Shown here: one piece after another, positions 17,793 to 26,304 of the stretch | Numbering within the stretch: position 1 is the stretch's first letter | Layout: each line of letters opens with the position of its first letter | DNA from: Armatimonadota bacterium | GTDB lineage: Bacteria > Armatimonadota > Zipacnadia > Zipacnadales > FEN-943 | Assembly (NCBI GenBank): GCA_026419655.1 | Contig: JANZZA010000549.1 | Location: 1 to 39,651, forward strand | DNA length: 39,651 bases | Reading direction: 5' to 3' | Notes under the pieces: model-generated | Databases searched by the model: none | Told to the model about the DNA's origin: nothing | What the model saw: the letters and a program-made list of their open reading frames with translations, nothing else | Program-made: the position numbers and the translations under genes

Positions 17793-19109
17793 TCAGCCGG
17801 ACACCTGTTGAGCGACCACTAATGTGCGGGCGGCCAGGTCGCTGATGCGGTTGAAATTCATTCCCTGCAGGCTGCTCTCCAGGATGTCGTTGAGGGGGTC
17901 CACCCAGTGTGGCGGAATGCCCTTGGCCCCCAGCAGTGCACCCATCACCGACCCTGCAGTCGCTCCGTTGCAGTCCGTATCCCAACCGCCCATGACCGCA
18001 ATGCAAATAGCCCGGCTGAAATCCCCACCGCTATGGAGCAATCCCATGAGCACCAGGGCCGCGTTATTAATGGTATGCACCGGATGGTAATGGCCGTACT
18101 TAGCGTTGATGCGTTCCCATGTTATCTTCCAGTCGTCGTCTTGGCGACACCATTCCAGACAATCATCAATGCATTCCCGCAGGCGACAGCGAACAGGGAT
18201 CTCCGCGGCTGCGGCGGCTATGGCCTCCCGCAAGTCGTCGGCCGACAAAGCAGCCGCGATAAGAGCCGCGAAGAACATCTCCCCATAAATACCGTTCTTG
18301 GTGTGGCTGATGCAGGCGTCCCGCCAGGCGAATTCAGCGGCCTTTTCGGGCCAGCCAGGCGCAGCGTACCCCCAGGCATCTGCTCGGATCTGCGCTCCTA
18401 TCCACTCGCGGTACGGGTTGAGGTGCACAGCGGATTGCGGCGGCCAGATGTCCACGACAAAGTTCCGGTAGGCCTCGTGCTCGGCCGTGCATACACAGCG
18501 ATAGGGGAAATGGGCCAGCCACTGCTCAGCTACATCGCGGGGCGTAAAGTCCGGGCCGTTTTCTTCAAGGATGTGCAAGCCTATTACGGTATAGTCTGTG
18601 TCATCGTCGCGCACGGCTCGGGTGATGTTCCCGCGCAGGAGCGACTCGACTCCTGGATGGTAACTCAGGCCTTCCGGCAGGTCCTGTGCGGGTGGGAAAT
18701 AGCCATCCAGTTCCCACGCTCCGGCAGCCCTGAGCAGTGCCTCCAGGCGATCACGGGTGAAACCCTCTACTGGCTTTCCCAACATGCAGCCAGCGCAGCG
18801 GCCCAGCCACGCGCCCAGGATTCGGTCGGCAAGTTCTTCACGCGAGGGCGTGGGCAGATGCCTCGGACCGTCAGGCCGGACTCGACGGATTTCGCCAAGC
18901 TCTGATGGCTCCTCGTAGGGCCAATCGTCGCGCGTTGGTAGCCCTGCTGCAGCCTCAAAAAAAGCGCTTAGGGCTCGACATTGCCCATCTGGAGGCGAAG
19001 CCTCGATGCGCGCTAGCTCTTCGTCAAGACCGCCGACACGACGTCCTTCCTCTTTAAGTTGAATAAGCTCTGCTCTTGCAAGATCAACAAGCCTTTCGCG
19101 TGATAACAT
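17793..19109 (-). CDS. ADP-ribosylglycohydrolase (ARH/DraG) family protein with a ~110-aa N-terminal extension
   Basis: ARH strings are GAWLGRCAGCMLGKPVEG, DDDTDYT and GGWDTDCNGATAGSVMGALLG. ATG 19109 (GGGAG 8 nt upstream) is preferred to the track TTG at 19187. Confidence 0.85.
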   Translation of the reverse strand: MLSRERLVDLARAELIQLKEEGRRVGGLDEELARIEASPPDGQCRALSAFFEAAAGLPTRDDWPYEEPSELGEIRRVRPDGPRHLPTPSREELADRILGAWLGRCAGCMLGKPVEGFTRDRLEALLRAAGAWELDGYFPPAQDLPEGLSYHPGVESLLRGNITRAVRDDDTDYTVIGLHILEENGPDFTPRDVAEQWLAHFPYRCVCTAEHEAYRNFVVDIWPPQSAVHLNPYREWIGAQIRADAWGYAAPGWPEKAAEFAWRDACISHTKNGIYGEMFFAALIAAALSADDLREAIAAAAAEIPVRCRLRECIDDCLEWCRQDDDWKITWERINAKYGHYHPVHTINNAALVLMGLLHSGGDFSRAICIAVMGGWDTDCNGATAGSVMGALLGAKGIPPHWVDPLNDILESSLQGMNFNRISDLAARTLVVAQQVSG

Positions 19110-19189
19110 CAGCGACGCTCCCTTGACCAGACCTCGTGGCGGTATCTGTTGTTCTACTGGCCGCGGCAGGGACGACCGTGGGGGCAATT

Positions 19190-22100
19190 CTACCTAGGCC
19201 GTACCAAAACCTGCAGCACTTGCTGACAGATTTCTCCGGTCGGCGCATTGGCGCGAAGAATTGCAAGGTACATCCCCGGAGGTACCCGCGTCCCATGACG
19301 GGAGACGTAGGGCCACACCAGCACAGCGCGGCGCGTCGTCGGGTCGAGGCTGGCTGACAAGGTGGCCACCTCGCGGCCAGCCATGTTGACCACAAAGCCG
19401 CTAATGTGCAGGTCGGACCGGCTCACATGGCATTCTATAGTTGCCAGCTCGCGCGATATGATTGCCCGCGCTGCATAGATGACAGGTTGGCTTGGTCCCG
19501 CTTGGCTGACCGCGGGACCTTCAACGACTTGGGCCGGAGGGCCACTGGCCGGGCAATGCCCGTCATCGAACACGAAGCGATAGCGCAAGCCGCTTGCCGA
19601 GTATGGGAGCACCGTCGAGCCCTGGTATACAACTCCGGCACGCACGTCACCGGGAGCCTCCGCAGTCATGTCGTAAACCACGGACCGCGTGAGGGTCGTG
19701 TCAGTGTAAACGATGACCTGGGCGCGTTGAGGAGCCTCGCCGTCAGCATCCACATATTTCACTCGGAAGATAAACACGGTCTGGCCTGCGATGCCCGAGT
19801 CCGGATTAACGCCGTCGCTGGCGTAACTGCCCGAACCGACCCATGCCAACACTGGTCTAGTATCAATGAGCGGTCCCTCGAACCGGTCCGTTCTCACCAC
19901 AGTCGTGCCGTCCGACGCCTGGAACCAATACGACCAGGCACCATGCCCAAGCTTTGTCGTTGTGGTATACGTCCGCCCCTCGGAGAAGGGGCGATTGTCT
20001 GCCGCCGTCATGTCCAGGTACGCAGCGGTTGTCTCCCGCCCGTCTGAGGTATAGTACACGCGCACATAGCTGGGAGGCTTGCCGGAACCATGCCGGTAGA
20101 TGACCGAAAAGCTGAAGGGCGTATCGTTGGCGGAGCCCGCAGTGGGATATACCCCGCCACCATGGTAAGGCGGTGTTTCCGGCGGGGGGACTTCGAATTC
20201 GCCGGTCAGGCTTGGCCCCGCGACCTTCGCCGTGGCTTGTCCGGCCGCGTCCAAATAACCGTCGCTGGCCGCGAAGCGATATTCCCATGAACCCAGCGTT
20301 GTGAGGCGCTTGGTAATCTCGTACGTTTTCCCCTTCTTGTAATCGCCGCCAACGAGTGGAGTCATCATCCACGGGCTGCCGGGGACCTCGACCCCGTCGC
20401 GAAACAAGCGCAGGGCAACGTAGCGAGGCGGGTCGCCGTCACCATCCGCGTACACCACCCGGAAGTTGAAAAGCGTGCCGCCAGCGCTGCCCGAGTTGGG
20501 TTCTAGTCCATCGCCACTCGCCGTACCGTCAGTGGGATAGTTCAGCGTCGGGCGCTGGTCGCTTAGCGGGCCTGGCCTTGGTGTAGTAGCTGGCCCATAG
20601 GCCGTTATCACTCCATCGCTGGCGCTAAACCAGTGGGTGTAAGTTCTTCCTGCTGGCAAGCGCAGGTCTACGCCGTATCGCCGACCTGAATTCACCGGCT
20701 GGCTGTCCAGCGCAGAACACTCAAAGGGACTATTTGCGATTTCCACTCCGTCGCGAGCAACGTGGAGCCGCACGTAGGACGGTGCCCGCCCGGACAGGTT
20801 GAGGTACGTCGCTTCAAAATGAAACTGTGTCGAGGGCGTACCGCTTTGCGGTTCCACGCAGTCTTGTTCATATCCAACGGCGCCTGTGAAGATAAGTTTG
20901 GGTCTGTATTGCACTGAGGGGCCGGTCCGCGCCGTGGTCGGTTCTCCGGAGGCCGCGTGTACGCCGTCACTGGCCGTGAAACGGTACTGGTAACCTGTGG
21001 CGGAGGCTTGAGTCAGCGCAGTCGAGAAGGCAAAAATCTGCCCCTGGGCTGGCGTGCCCGAGACAAGTTTCATCTGGAAGGGGCTGCCAGCAACTGGCTG
21101 CCCGTCCAGCGAGAGGTGCAAAAATACTCCAGTAGCTGAGTCGCCGTCAGGGTCCGTATACTTGACCCGCCACTGGAACACGGTATCTTCCGCAAAGCCT
21201 GTGTCGGGGTCTATCCCGTCGCTGACAAAGTTCGGCTCGCCAGTCCAGGCTAGCCTCGGGGGTGTCGAGACCACGGGGCCAGCCTTGGGCTGAGTGGGTT
21301 CACCGATGGCTGGCAGCTCCCAGTCACGGGCCTCGAAGTAGTAAGAGTACGCACGGCCGGCGGCGAGGGTCAACTGACGCAGGAAAACCGCCCCGGCCCG
21401 ATAATCTGGACTGGCCGCCTCTGCAGTCAGGGCGAAGGGACTGCCAGATATTTCGGTCCCTCCAGACAGGACACGCACCCGCACGTAGGCCGGCGGATTG
21501 CCTTCGGCATCTGAGTAAACGACCTTGAACACGAAATTGGTAGAGGGGCTACCCACTTCCGGGCTGACGCCTGTACCAGAATACGCGCCGGTGTTAAGCC
21601 ACCGTAGCTGGGGCGGTGTGTTGGGCGGACCTGTGCGGAAGGGCTCGAAATCAACGGTTCCGACACCCGAGGCGTCCGCCGAGTCGTAGATGCGCAGAGC
21701 AATGGCGGCCTTCTGGCTGGTACCCCACCAGTTGTTTTCGGCCTTTACGTCAAGCGCGGACCTGTTGCACACATCGTAAGGTCCGAGATTGGCGGTTACC
21801 GTATTCAGTCCGTTGTCGTCGGTGGCAGTATTTCCCAGGTTTCCCAAGTTTGGTGCAGCACCTGTCTCGATAAGAACGCCGTAGCGGCCGTTGGCTGTCA
21901 GTTCGGTGTTATAGATGACAGGGCTGGCATTGCTACCGCGTACTGATAGGCCGTCTTGAGCGCAACGCACCAGCCAGCTATTCGCGATTCGGGGCGAACA
22001 CGTGTCCACCGTCACGCCCGTGGTAGCATACTCGACAACTGCCCACTCCAGGAGACCTGTTGCGCCTGCCCTGAACACGATCCCCGGCCAGTCGCCCGGA

Positions 22101-23653
22101 ACCGGAGGTTGCTCGTCGGAAGAAAAGACAATCAACGCGTCGGGGGACCCAGAAGCAATGAGACTGCCAGCCACCTCGAGACCGCCGCCCACAATGCACA
22201 CACCCGGCTCAATGGTTAGGGTGACACCGCTGGCAATCCTCGCCACAGTGCCCGAAGCCTCTGCCGCGAGGTTGTAAGGCAGAGGTTGTCGTCGCCAGGT
22301 CTGCGAGGCAGTAACGTCGGTGCTGATCGCGCAATTCACTCCGATAGCCGGTACAGCGTTGGATGAAAAGCTGAGGTTGGGCCCAAGCAGGCCTGCAGCG
22401 TTGGCCATCACGTAGGCTGGCCAGTCCCCGGAGTATGAGATCAGGCTGTCACGGACTTGCCCCGTCGCGGCGCTAGCGGTGATACGCACGCCGCTGCGAC
22501 CGCAGCGTGAGATTGTACAGTTTGTGACCACCAGCCTCGCCGCGCCGTTGACCAGCAATCCGTCAAAGCGGGCACCGAGCAGGCTGCAGCTCTGCAGGTT
22601 AATGGTGCCTGTGGTAGCCGTGACCGCAGTGGTGGCGTCGCGAATGACGGCGCCCGCAAGGTTTAGATTGCCCCCCGCGACCGTGATGCCCGGCCAGTCG
22701 CCCGCCGAGCCAGCGTCGCCGGCGGGGCCGTAAAAGTACACCGGCGCTCCGGAGCCGACCGTTGCCAGGCTGCCCTCAACGAGTATGCTCCCACCACGCA
22801 CTCGCACGCCCGGAACAACAGTGAGTGCTCCCCCGGAGGCTATTAGCAACTCGTCGCTGGTCCCGGCTCTGAGGTCGTAGTCGTACCCAAGCCATTGCCA
22901 CGTGTCCGCGTCCAGAATGTCTTCGTCCGCGCTGCAGCTCACGCCGATGTAAGGCAAGGCGACGGAGGAGAACGTAAAGGGCCCCGAAAGAAGTTCTACG
23001 AGGGTGGCCTTCGCCACGATGGGGTACTCGCCGATATTAGCGAAGTCGCAGGCACCAATTGAACCAGTGACTGAAGTGGTCTCCAGAAACAGTCCGCGCC
23101 GGTCGCAATGTGACAACTGGCATGAGGACACCTGAACCTCGGCCGTACCATACGCTGCGATGCCGTCGCGACTGCAGTAGCTAATTTGACAGTCGGAGAG
23201 GCTGCCGCGCCCGTTGTTTACGGTTAGTGCAGTTACGGCTCCGGAAACGGTGGTTTGCGACATGCTTAGTTGACCGCCCGATTGTACGAACATACCCTGC
23301 CAGTAGCCCTTTGTGGACGTACCTACAACGCAACGGGACGCGGCCGTACCGCTGGCTACCAAGGAACCGTAAACGCTGATGCCGTAGTTGCCGGTAGGTT
23401 GCAGAGTGGCGCCTGCTTGAAGTGTGAGCGTGCCCGAGCTGGCAACAGTGAGATTGCCGACTAGGCGATGGGAACCGGCCGGCAAGGTGACGGGGGTGCT
23501 TATGGTGCCGCTGAGGTCTGCGGCCATCGCTGGAATACATGCGGCACAGAGCAGGTACAGAACAACTTCTGGCCGTCGCACCCTGACGACCACCTTCAGC
23601 CTATGTTTCCCTGCCGACGCAGAATTCTTCATGGCGGGGCAGGTATCTGGCAT
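19190..23653 (-). CDS. Large secreted/surface protein: signal peptide, three parallel beta-helix modules, six Ig-like repeats and a FlgD-Ig/T9SS-CTD-like C-terminal domain
   Basis: 1,487-aa ORF. The hydrophobic N-terminus VVLYLLCAACIPAMAA reads as a signal peptide; the start may be ATG 23653 or 23632. See the two repeat features and the findings for the modules. Confidence 0.85.
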   Translation of the reverse strand: MPDTCPAMKNSASAGKHRLKVVVRVRRPEVVLYLLCAACIPAMAADLSGTISTPVTLPAGSHRLVGNLTVASSGTLTLQAGATLQPTGNYGISVYGSLVASGTAASRCVVGTSTKGYWQGMFVQSGGQLSMSQTTVSGAVTALTVNNGRGSLSDCQISYCSRDGIAAYGTAEVQVSSCQLSHCDRRGLFLETTSVTGSIGACDFANIGEYPIVAKATLVELLSGPFTFSSVALPYIGVSCSADEDILDADTWQWLGYDYDLRAGTSDELLIASGGALTVVPGVRVRGGSILVEGSLATVGSGAPVYFYGPAGDAGSAGDWPGITVAGGNLNLAGAVIRDATTAVTATTGTINLQSCSLLGARFDGLLVNGAARLVVTNCTISRCGRSGVRITASAATGQVRDSLISYSGDWPAYVMANAAGLLGPNLSFSSNAVPAIGVNCAISTDVTASQTWRRQPLPYNLAAEASGTVARIASGVTLTIEPGVCIVGGGLEVAGSLIASGSPDALIVFSSDEQPPVPGDWPGIVFRAGATGLLEWAVVEYATTGVTVDTCSPRIANSWLVRCAQDGLSVRGSNASPVIYNTELTANGRYGVLIETGAAPNLGNLGNTATDDNGLNTVTANLGPYDVCNRSALDVKAENNWWGTSQKAAIALRIYDSADASGVGTVDFEPFRTGPPNTPPQLRWLNTGAYSGTGVSPEVGSPSTNFVFKVVYSDAEGNPPAYVRVRVLSGGTEISGSPFALTAEAASPDYRAGAVFLRQLTLAAGRAYSYYFEARDWELPAIGEPTQPKAGPVVSTPPRLAWTGEPNFVSDGIDPDTGFAEDTVFQWRVKYTDPDGDSATGVFLHLSLDGQPVAGSPFQMKLVSGTPAQGQIFAFSTALTQASATGYQYRFTASDGVHAASGEPTTARTGPSVQYRPKLIFTGAVGYEQDCVEPQSGTPSTQFHFEATYLNLSGRAPSYVRLHVARDGVEIANSPFECSALDSQPVNSGRRYGVDLRLPAGRTYTHWFSASDGVITAYGPATTPRPGPLSDQRPTLNYPTDGTASGDGLEPNSGSAGGTLFNFRVVYADGDGDPPRYVALRLFRDGVEVPGSPWMMTPLVGGDYKKGKTYEITKRLTTLGSWEYRFAASDGYLDAAGQATAKVAGPSLTGEFEVPPPETPPYHGGGVYPTAGSANDTPFSFSVIYRHGSGKPPSYVRVYYTSDGRETTAAYLDMTAADNRPFSEGRTYTTTTKLGHGAWSYWFQASDGTTVVRTDRFEGPLIDTRPVLAWVGSGSYASDGVNPDSGIAGQTVFIFRVKYVDADGEAPQRAQVIVYTDTTLTRSVVYDMTAEAPGDVRAGVVYQGSTVLPYSASGLRYRFVFDDGHCPASGPPAQVVEGPAVSQAGPSQPVIYAARAIISRELATIECHVSRSDLHISGFVVNMAGREVATLSASLDPTTRRAVLVWPYVSRHGTRVPPGMYLAILRANAPTGEICQQVLQVLVRPR
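19508..21625 (-). repeat. Six tandem ~117-aa Ig-like repeats (protein level)
   Basis: Each unit has G..P..G...T.F.F.V.Y.D.DG..P.YV, then GSPF, then Y.Y.F.ASDG. The anchor Asp falls at residues 777, 896, 1013, 1131, 1248 and 1364, giving a period of 116-119 aa. Confidence 0.75.
21653..23470 (-). repeat. Three tandem ~202-aa right-handed beta-helix-like modules (protein level)
   Basis: The anchor motif is GYWQGM at residue 116, GDWPGI at 318 and GDWPGI at 520, so the spacing is exactly 202 aa twice. Each module carries a similar (I)ASG..LT...G.......V.GSL.A.G string. An NNWWG cap sits near residue 640. Confidence 0.7.
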
Positions 23654-25699
23654 CTAGAGCGGCTCGGGCACAGCCGGAAGATATAGGGCAACGGTAGTGC
23701 CCTCGCACACGTCGCTGCAGATGAGCGTGACCCCCTTGTGCTTTGCCACTACAGCGTCTACGAACGTCAGGCCCAAGCCGGCGTGGCGGACGCCGAGGGT
23801 TGTGAAAAAAGGCTGGAAGACGGCCTCCCAAAGAGATGGTGCAATACCTACCCCGGTGTCCGCGAGAAGCAATCGCAGCCAAGGTCCGCAGCGGTCCAGG
23901 CTAACAGTCAAACGTCCGCCGTGGGGCATGGCCTGCAAGGCGTTATCCAACAGCGCACGCACCGCCTCTAATAAGCGCCCCCGCTGCCCCAGAGTATGCT
24001 CTTCAGTCGTGATGTGCGTCGTAATGTGATGCGTGGGTAGCGGAGCTGCTCCGTCGTCCCCAGTGCCTCCGAGCGCTTCTTGTAAGGCTTCGCGCACAAT
24101 CTGCGCGAGGCTAACTGGTTCGAGTGCCTCGTCCGGCATCACATCCCAACACGCATCAATTCGGTCAGCCTGGCACAGACAGGCGCGGAGCCTTTGCGAT
24201 ACTCGCAGGACTGCTTCTTCAGCCGGCTGGCCGCGGGACAAGTCCAGTGCTTGCTGGATTGTGGTTTCAAGAGCGCGCAGGTGGTGGGTGAAGAAGTCGG
24301 CAGCGGCCCGAGCCCCTGCCACGCGAAGTTGCAAGAGGCTTCTGCGGTCCCTGAAGGTCGCCCGCCGGTCTTGGCGCCATCCTGTGGCCAGTGAATACTT
24401 GGCGGATAGCAAGCGAGAGAGAAGAGTAGCTACAACACGAAGCAAGCCAAGCTCGGCGGAGGTGAAGTCCGCAGCTTCGACGCGCCTGACGGCGAAGAGG
24501 GCCCATGTGCGGTCTGGTTCAGCATCGAGGGGCGCAACAACCCAGGGACCTACACCGGCCCGCCACAGGCTGCTGCCCAGTGGACCAGTCTCCTCGGGGC
24601 AGAGACGTCCGCTGATTGTGTGCCCGCTCCCCACCGCACCGTACAATGTGGCGTCCCGGGCCGTGATGGATGTAGCGCACGTTAGTATCTCGCGGTCCGT
24701 TGGATATACAAACTGCGCCGCGAAAGCGCCATTGTCACCTGTCCTCGCAACCACGGCTGCCTGCTCAAAGGAAACCAGGGCACATAGCGTCTCGAGTATC
24801 CTCTCGCAGCGGTCGCGGGCAGACAGCGCGTGTCCGGGGCAACTCAATGCCTCGATAACGTTGCTGACGCATCTCGCAGCGACGGCAGCGGAGTCAGCAC
24901 TTATCCCTGAAAGAGCGCTTGCCGGGCGACGGCTCAGCAGCTCAGCCAGCCCTTCGCTGACAGCGCTGCCCAGCAACTCAACTCCCCCGCTAGCTTGCCA
25001 GTTCGCCCAGGGTGCTACGGCGAGCACGCCCAAGACATTCTCTTCACAAGTCAAAGGAACAAAGCCTGTGTTGGCTATCTCCGGAGATTGTATGTCTCCG
25101 ACCAACCAATCAGGAAGGCTATTCTTTCCTCGGCCACCGCGTAGCGGCAGCATATTGGAGACCGCCGCAACCAGCGCGGGCAGTTCATCGCGCGACCATC
25201 CGATTGACCCGTAAATGGAGAAATCTGTTCGTCCGTCCTCCCGGACAAGCATCGCGGCTTTTTTCGCCAACCCGCTAACTACGAGGGCTTCCGCACATCG
25301 CTGGGCGTAATCGCGGAATTGCTTAGCCTCGGCTCTTGCGGCCATCACGCCTGCCATTGCTAAGGCCGTCGCCTCGCCGAGCCGCAACTGCGTGATGTCT
25401 TCCAGCAGCACGATTGTCCCATTGCCGTCCATTGCCGGGACGGAGCGTACCAGTAGGCACAAGGTTCGGTCATCATGTCCAGGGATGTACGCGGCCAGGG
25501 AGCGGTGGGACGAGAGAAGCTGGGTGGCGACCGATGCTCCCAGCAGGCTGGCCAGGGAGCGGCCCACAAGGCTGTCACCGACCTGCTCCAACAACGCCAC
25601 CGCAGGCGCTGTGGCTGCTACAATCCTTCCCGTGTGGGCGTCTAATAGGAGTGCCGCACACGGCCAGTCCTCGAACCTGCTATTAGCGGCTCGCTCCAT
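23654..25699 (-). CDS. Soluble sensor histidine kinase (PAS-like and GAF-like N-terminal region, divergent DHp, HATPase_c)
   Basis: 681 aa with no TM segment. The H-box-like string is FFTHHLRALETTI, the N-box LLDNALQAM, G1 ADTGVGI and G2 HAGLGLTF. Confidence 0.8.
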   Translation of the reverse strand: MERAANSRFEDWPCAALLLDAHTGRIVAATAPAVALLEQVGDSLVGRSLASLLGASVATQLLSSHRSLAAYIPGHDDRTLCLLVRSVPAMDGNGTIVLLEDITQLRLGEATALAMAGVMAARAEAKQFRDYAQRCAEALVVSGLAKKAAMLVREDGRTDFSIYGSIGWSRDELPALVAAVSNMLPLRGGRGKNSLPDWLVGDIQSPEIANTGFVPLTCEENVLGVLAVAPWANWQASGGVELLGSAVSEGLAELLSRRPASALSGISADSAAVAARCVSNVIEALSCPGHALSARDRCERILETLCALVSFEQAAVVARTGDNGAFAAQFVYPTDREILTCATSITARDATLYGAVGSGHTISGRLCPEETGPLGSSLWRAGVGPWVVAPLDAEPDRTWALFAVRRVEAADFTSAELGLLRVVATLLSRLLSAKYSLATGWRQDRRATFRDRRSLLQLRVAGARAAADFFTHHLRALETTIQQALDLSRGQPAEEAVLRVSQRLRACLCQADRIDACWDVMPDEALEPVSLAQIVREALQEALGGTGDDGAAPLPTHHITTHITTEEHTLGQRGRLLEAVRALLDNALQAMPHGGRLTVSLDRCGPWLRLLLADTGVGIAPSLWEAVFQPFFTTLGVRHAGLGLTFVDAVVAKHKGVTLICSDVCEGTTVALYLPAVPEPL

Positions 25700-26165
25700 C
25701 TTTTAACCCACTACCGGCGTCTTACACGAATCTTACGGGCACCGACCACCAAACGGATATTCGCCACACCCGGGAAGACTCCTTTGAGACGACGGGGCTA
25801 CGTCTGGTGTGCAGCAAGGGTTGCCAGTGACTACGCGTCTACCGTGAGGTCCCCCGGCAATGTCTCGCCTACGCTGCCACCTTTGCGCTTCCTTTCCGGC
25901 AGCCGGGTTCATCTGCAAGTATGCGCCGTTCAAGAAGCTTCTCGCAGGGACTATTGCAAGGGCTGGTGGAAATCAAGGCAGGTGCGGAAAGTGTACATGG
26001 TTGTGCGCTCGCCCCGTTACCTGTGCCCACTTCCTACGGTCGCTGAGGTGGCCCTTGCACCGGTCACTGCGGAAAATGGCTTTTTGTCGCCGCTGGACGG
26101 GGTATGAGACGCAGCCTCAGTACAGGTCTTGAGAAAGCCAACGAGCCGCTGCACAGGACTGGCGG

Positions 26166-26195
26166 TAGGCACGGTCGCCCCGGTATGGGTATAAT
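26166..26195 (+). promoter_or_regulatory. Candidate sigma70-type promoter for the PBP operon
   Basis: A perfect TATAAT at 26190-26195 is preceded by TAGGCA (4/6 match to TTGACA) at 26166-26171 with an 18-nt spacer. The GTG at 26305 is ~110 nt downstream. Confidence 0.4.
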
Positions 26196-26304
26196 ATGCT
26201 TCGGCTGGCCGAGGAGCGGAGGCGAAGAAAACAAGCGCTCTATCGCCCTAGAGCACAAATAACTTAAGCAGTGATGTCAGTGGGCATCTGCTGACGAGGC
26301 AGAA

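Noticed and set aside
17907-18905. 332-aa plus-strand ORF. A 235-aa ORF at 17104-17811 is a similar case.
   Set aside because: They lie antisense to the ADP-ribosylglycohydrolase and URO-D-like genes, which carry family motifs. Their composition is junk-like.
24033-25214. 393-aa plus-strand ORF, the longest unexplained ORF in the track.
   Set aside because: It lies entirely antisense to the histidine kinase, which has clear H, N, G1 and G2 boxes. Its translation is Ala/Arg/Ser/Pro-rich low complexity, typical of shadow ORFs in GC-rich DNA.
25873-25913. The minus-strand string GAACCCGGCUGCCGGAAAGGAAGC resembles the RNase P ACAGAACCCGGCU motif and the SRP GGAA-tetraloop / GGAAGC region.
   Set aside because: No GAGGAAAGUCCGGGC (RNase P CR-I) or AGGUCAGGUCC (SRP helix 8, 5' side) occurs at the expected distance. 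The match is isolated and short.
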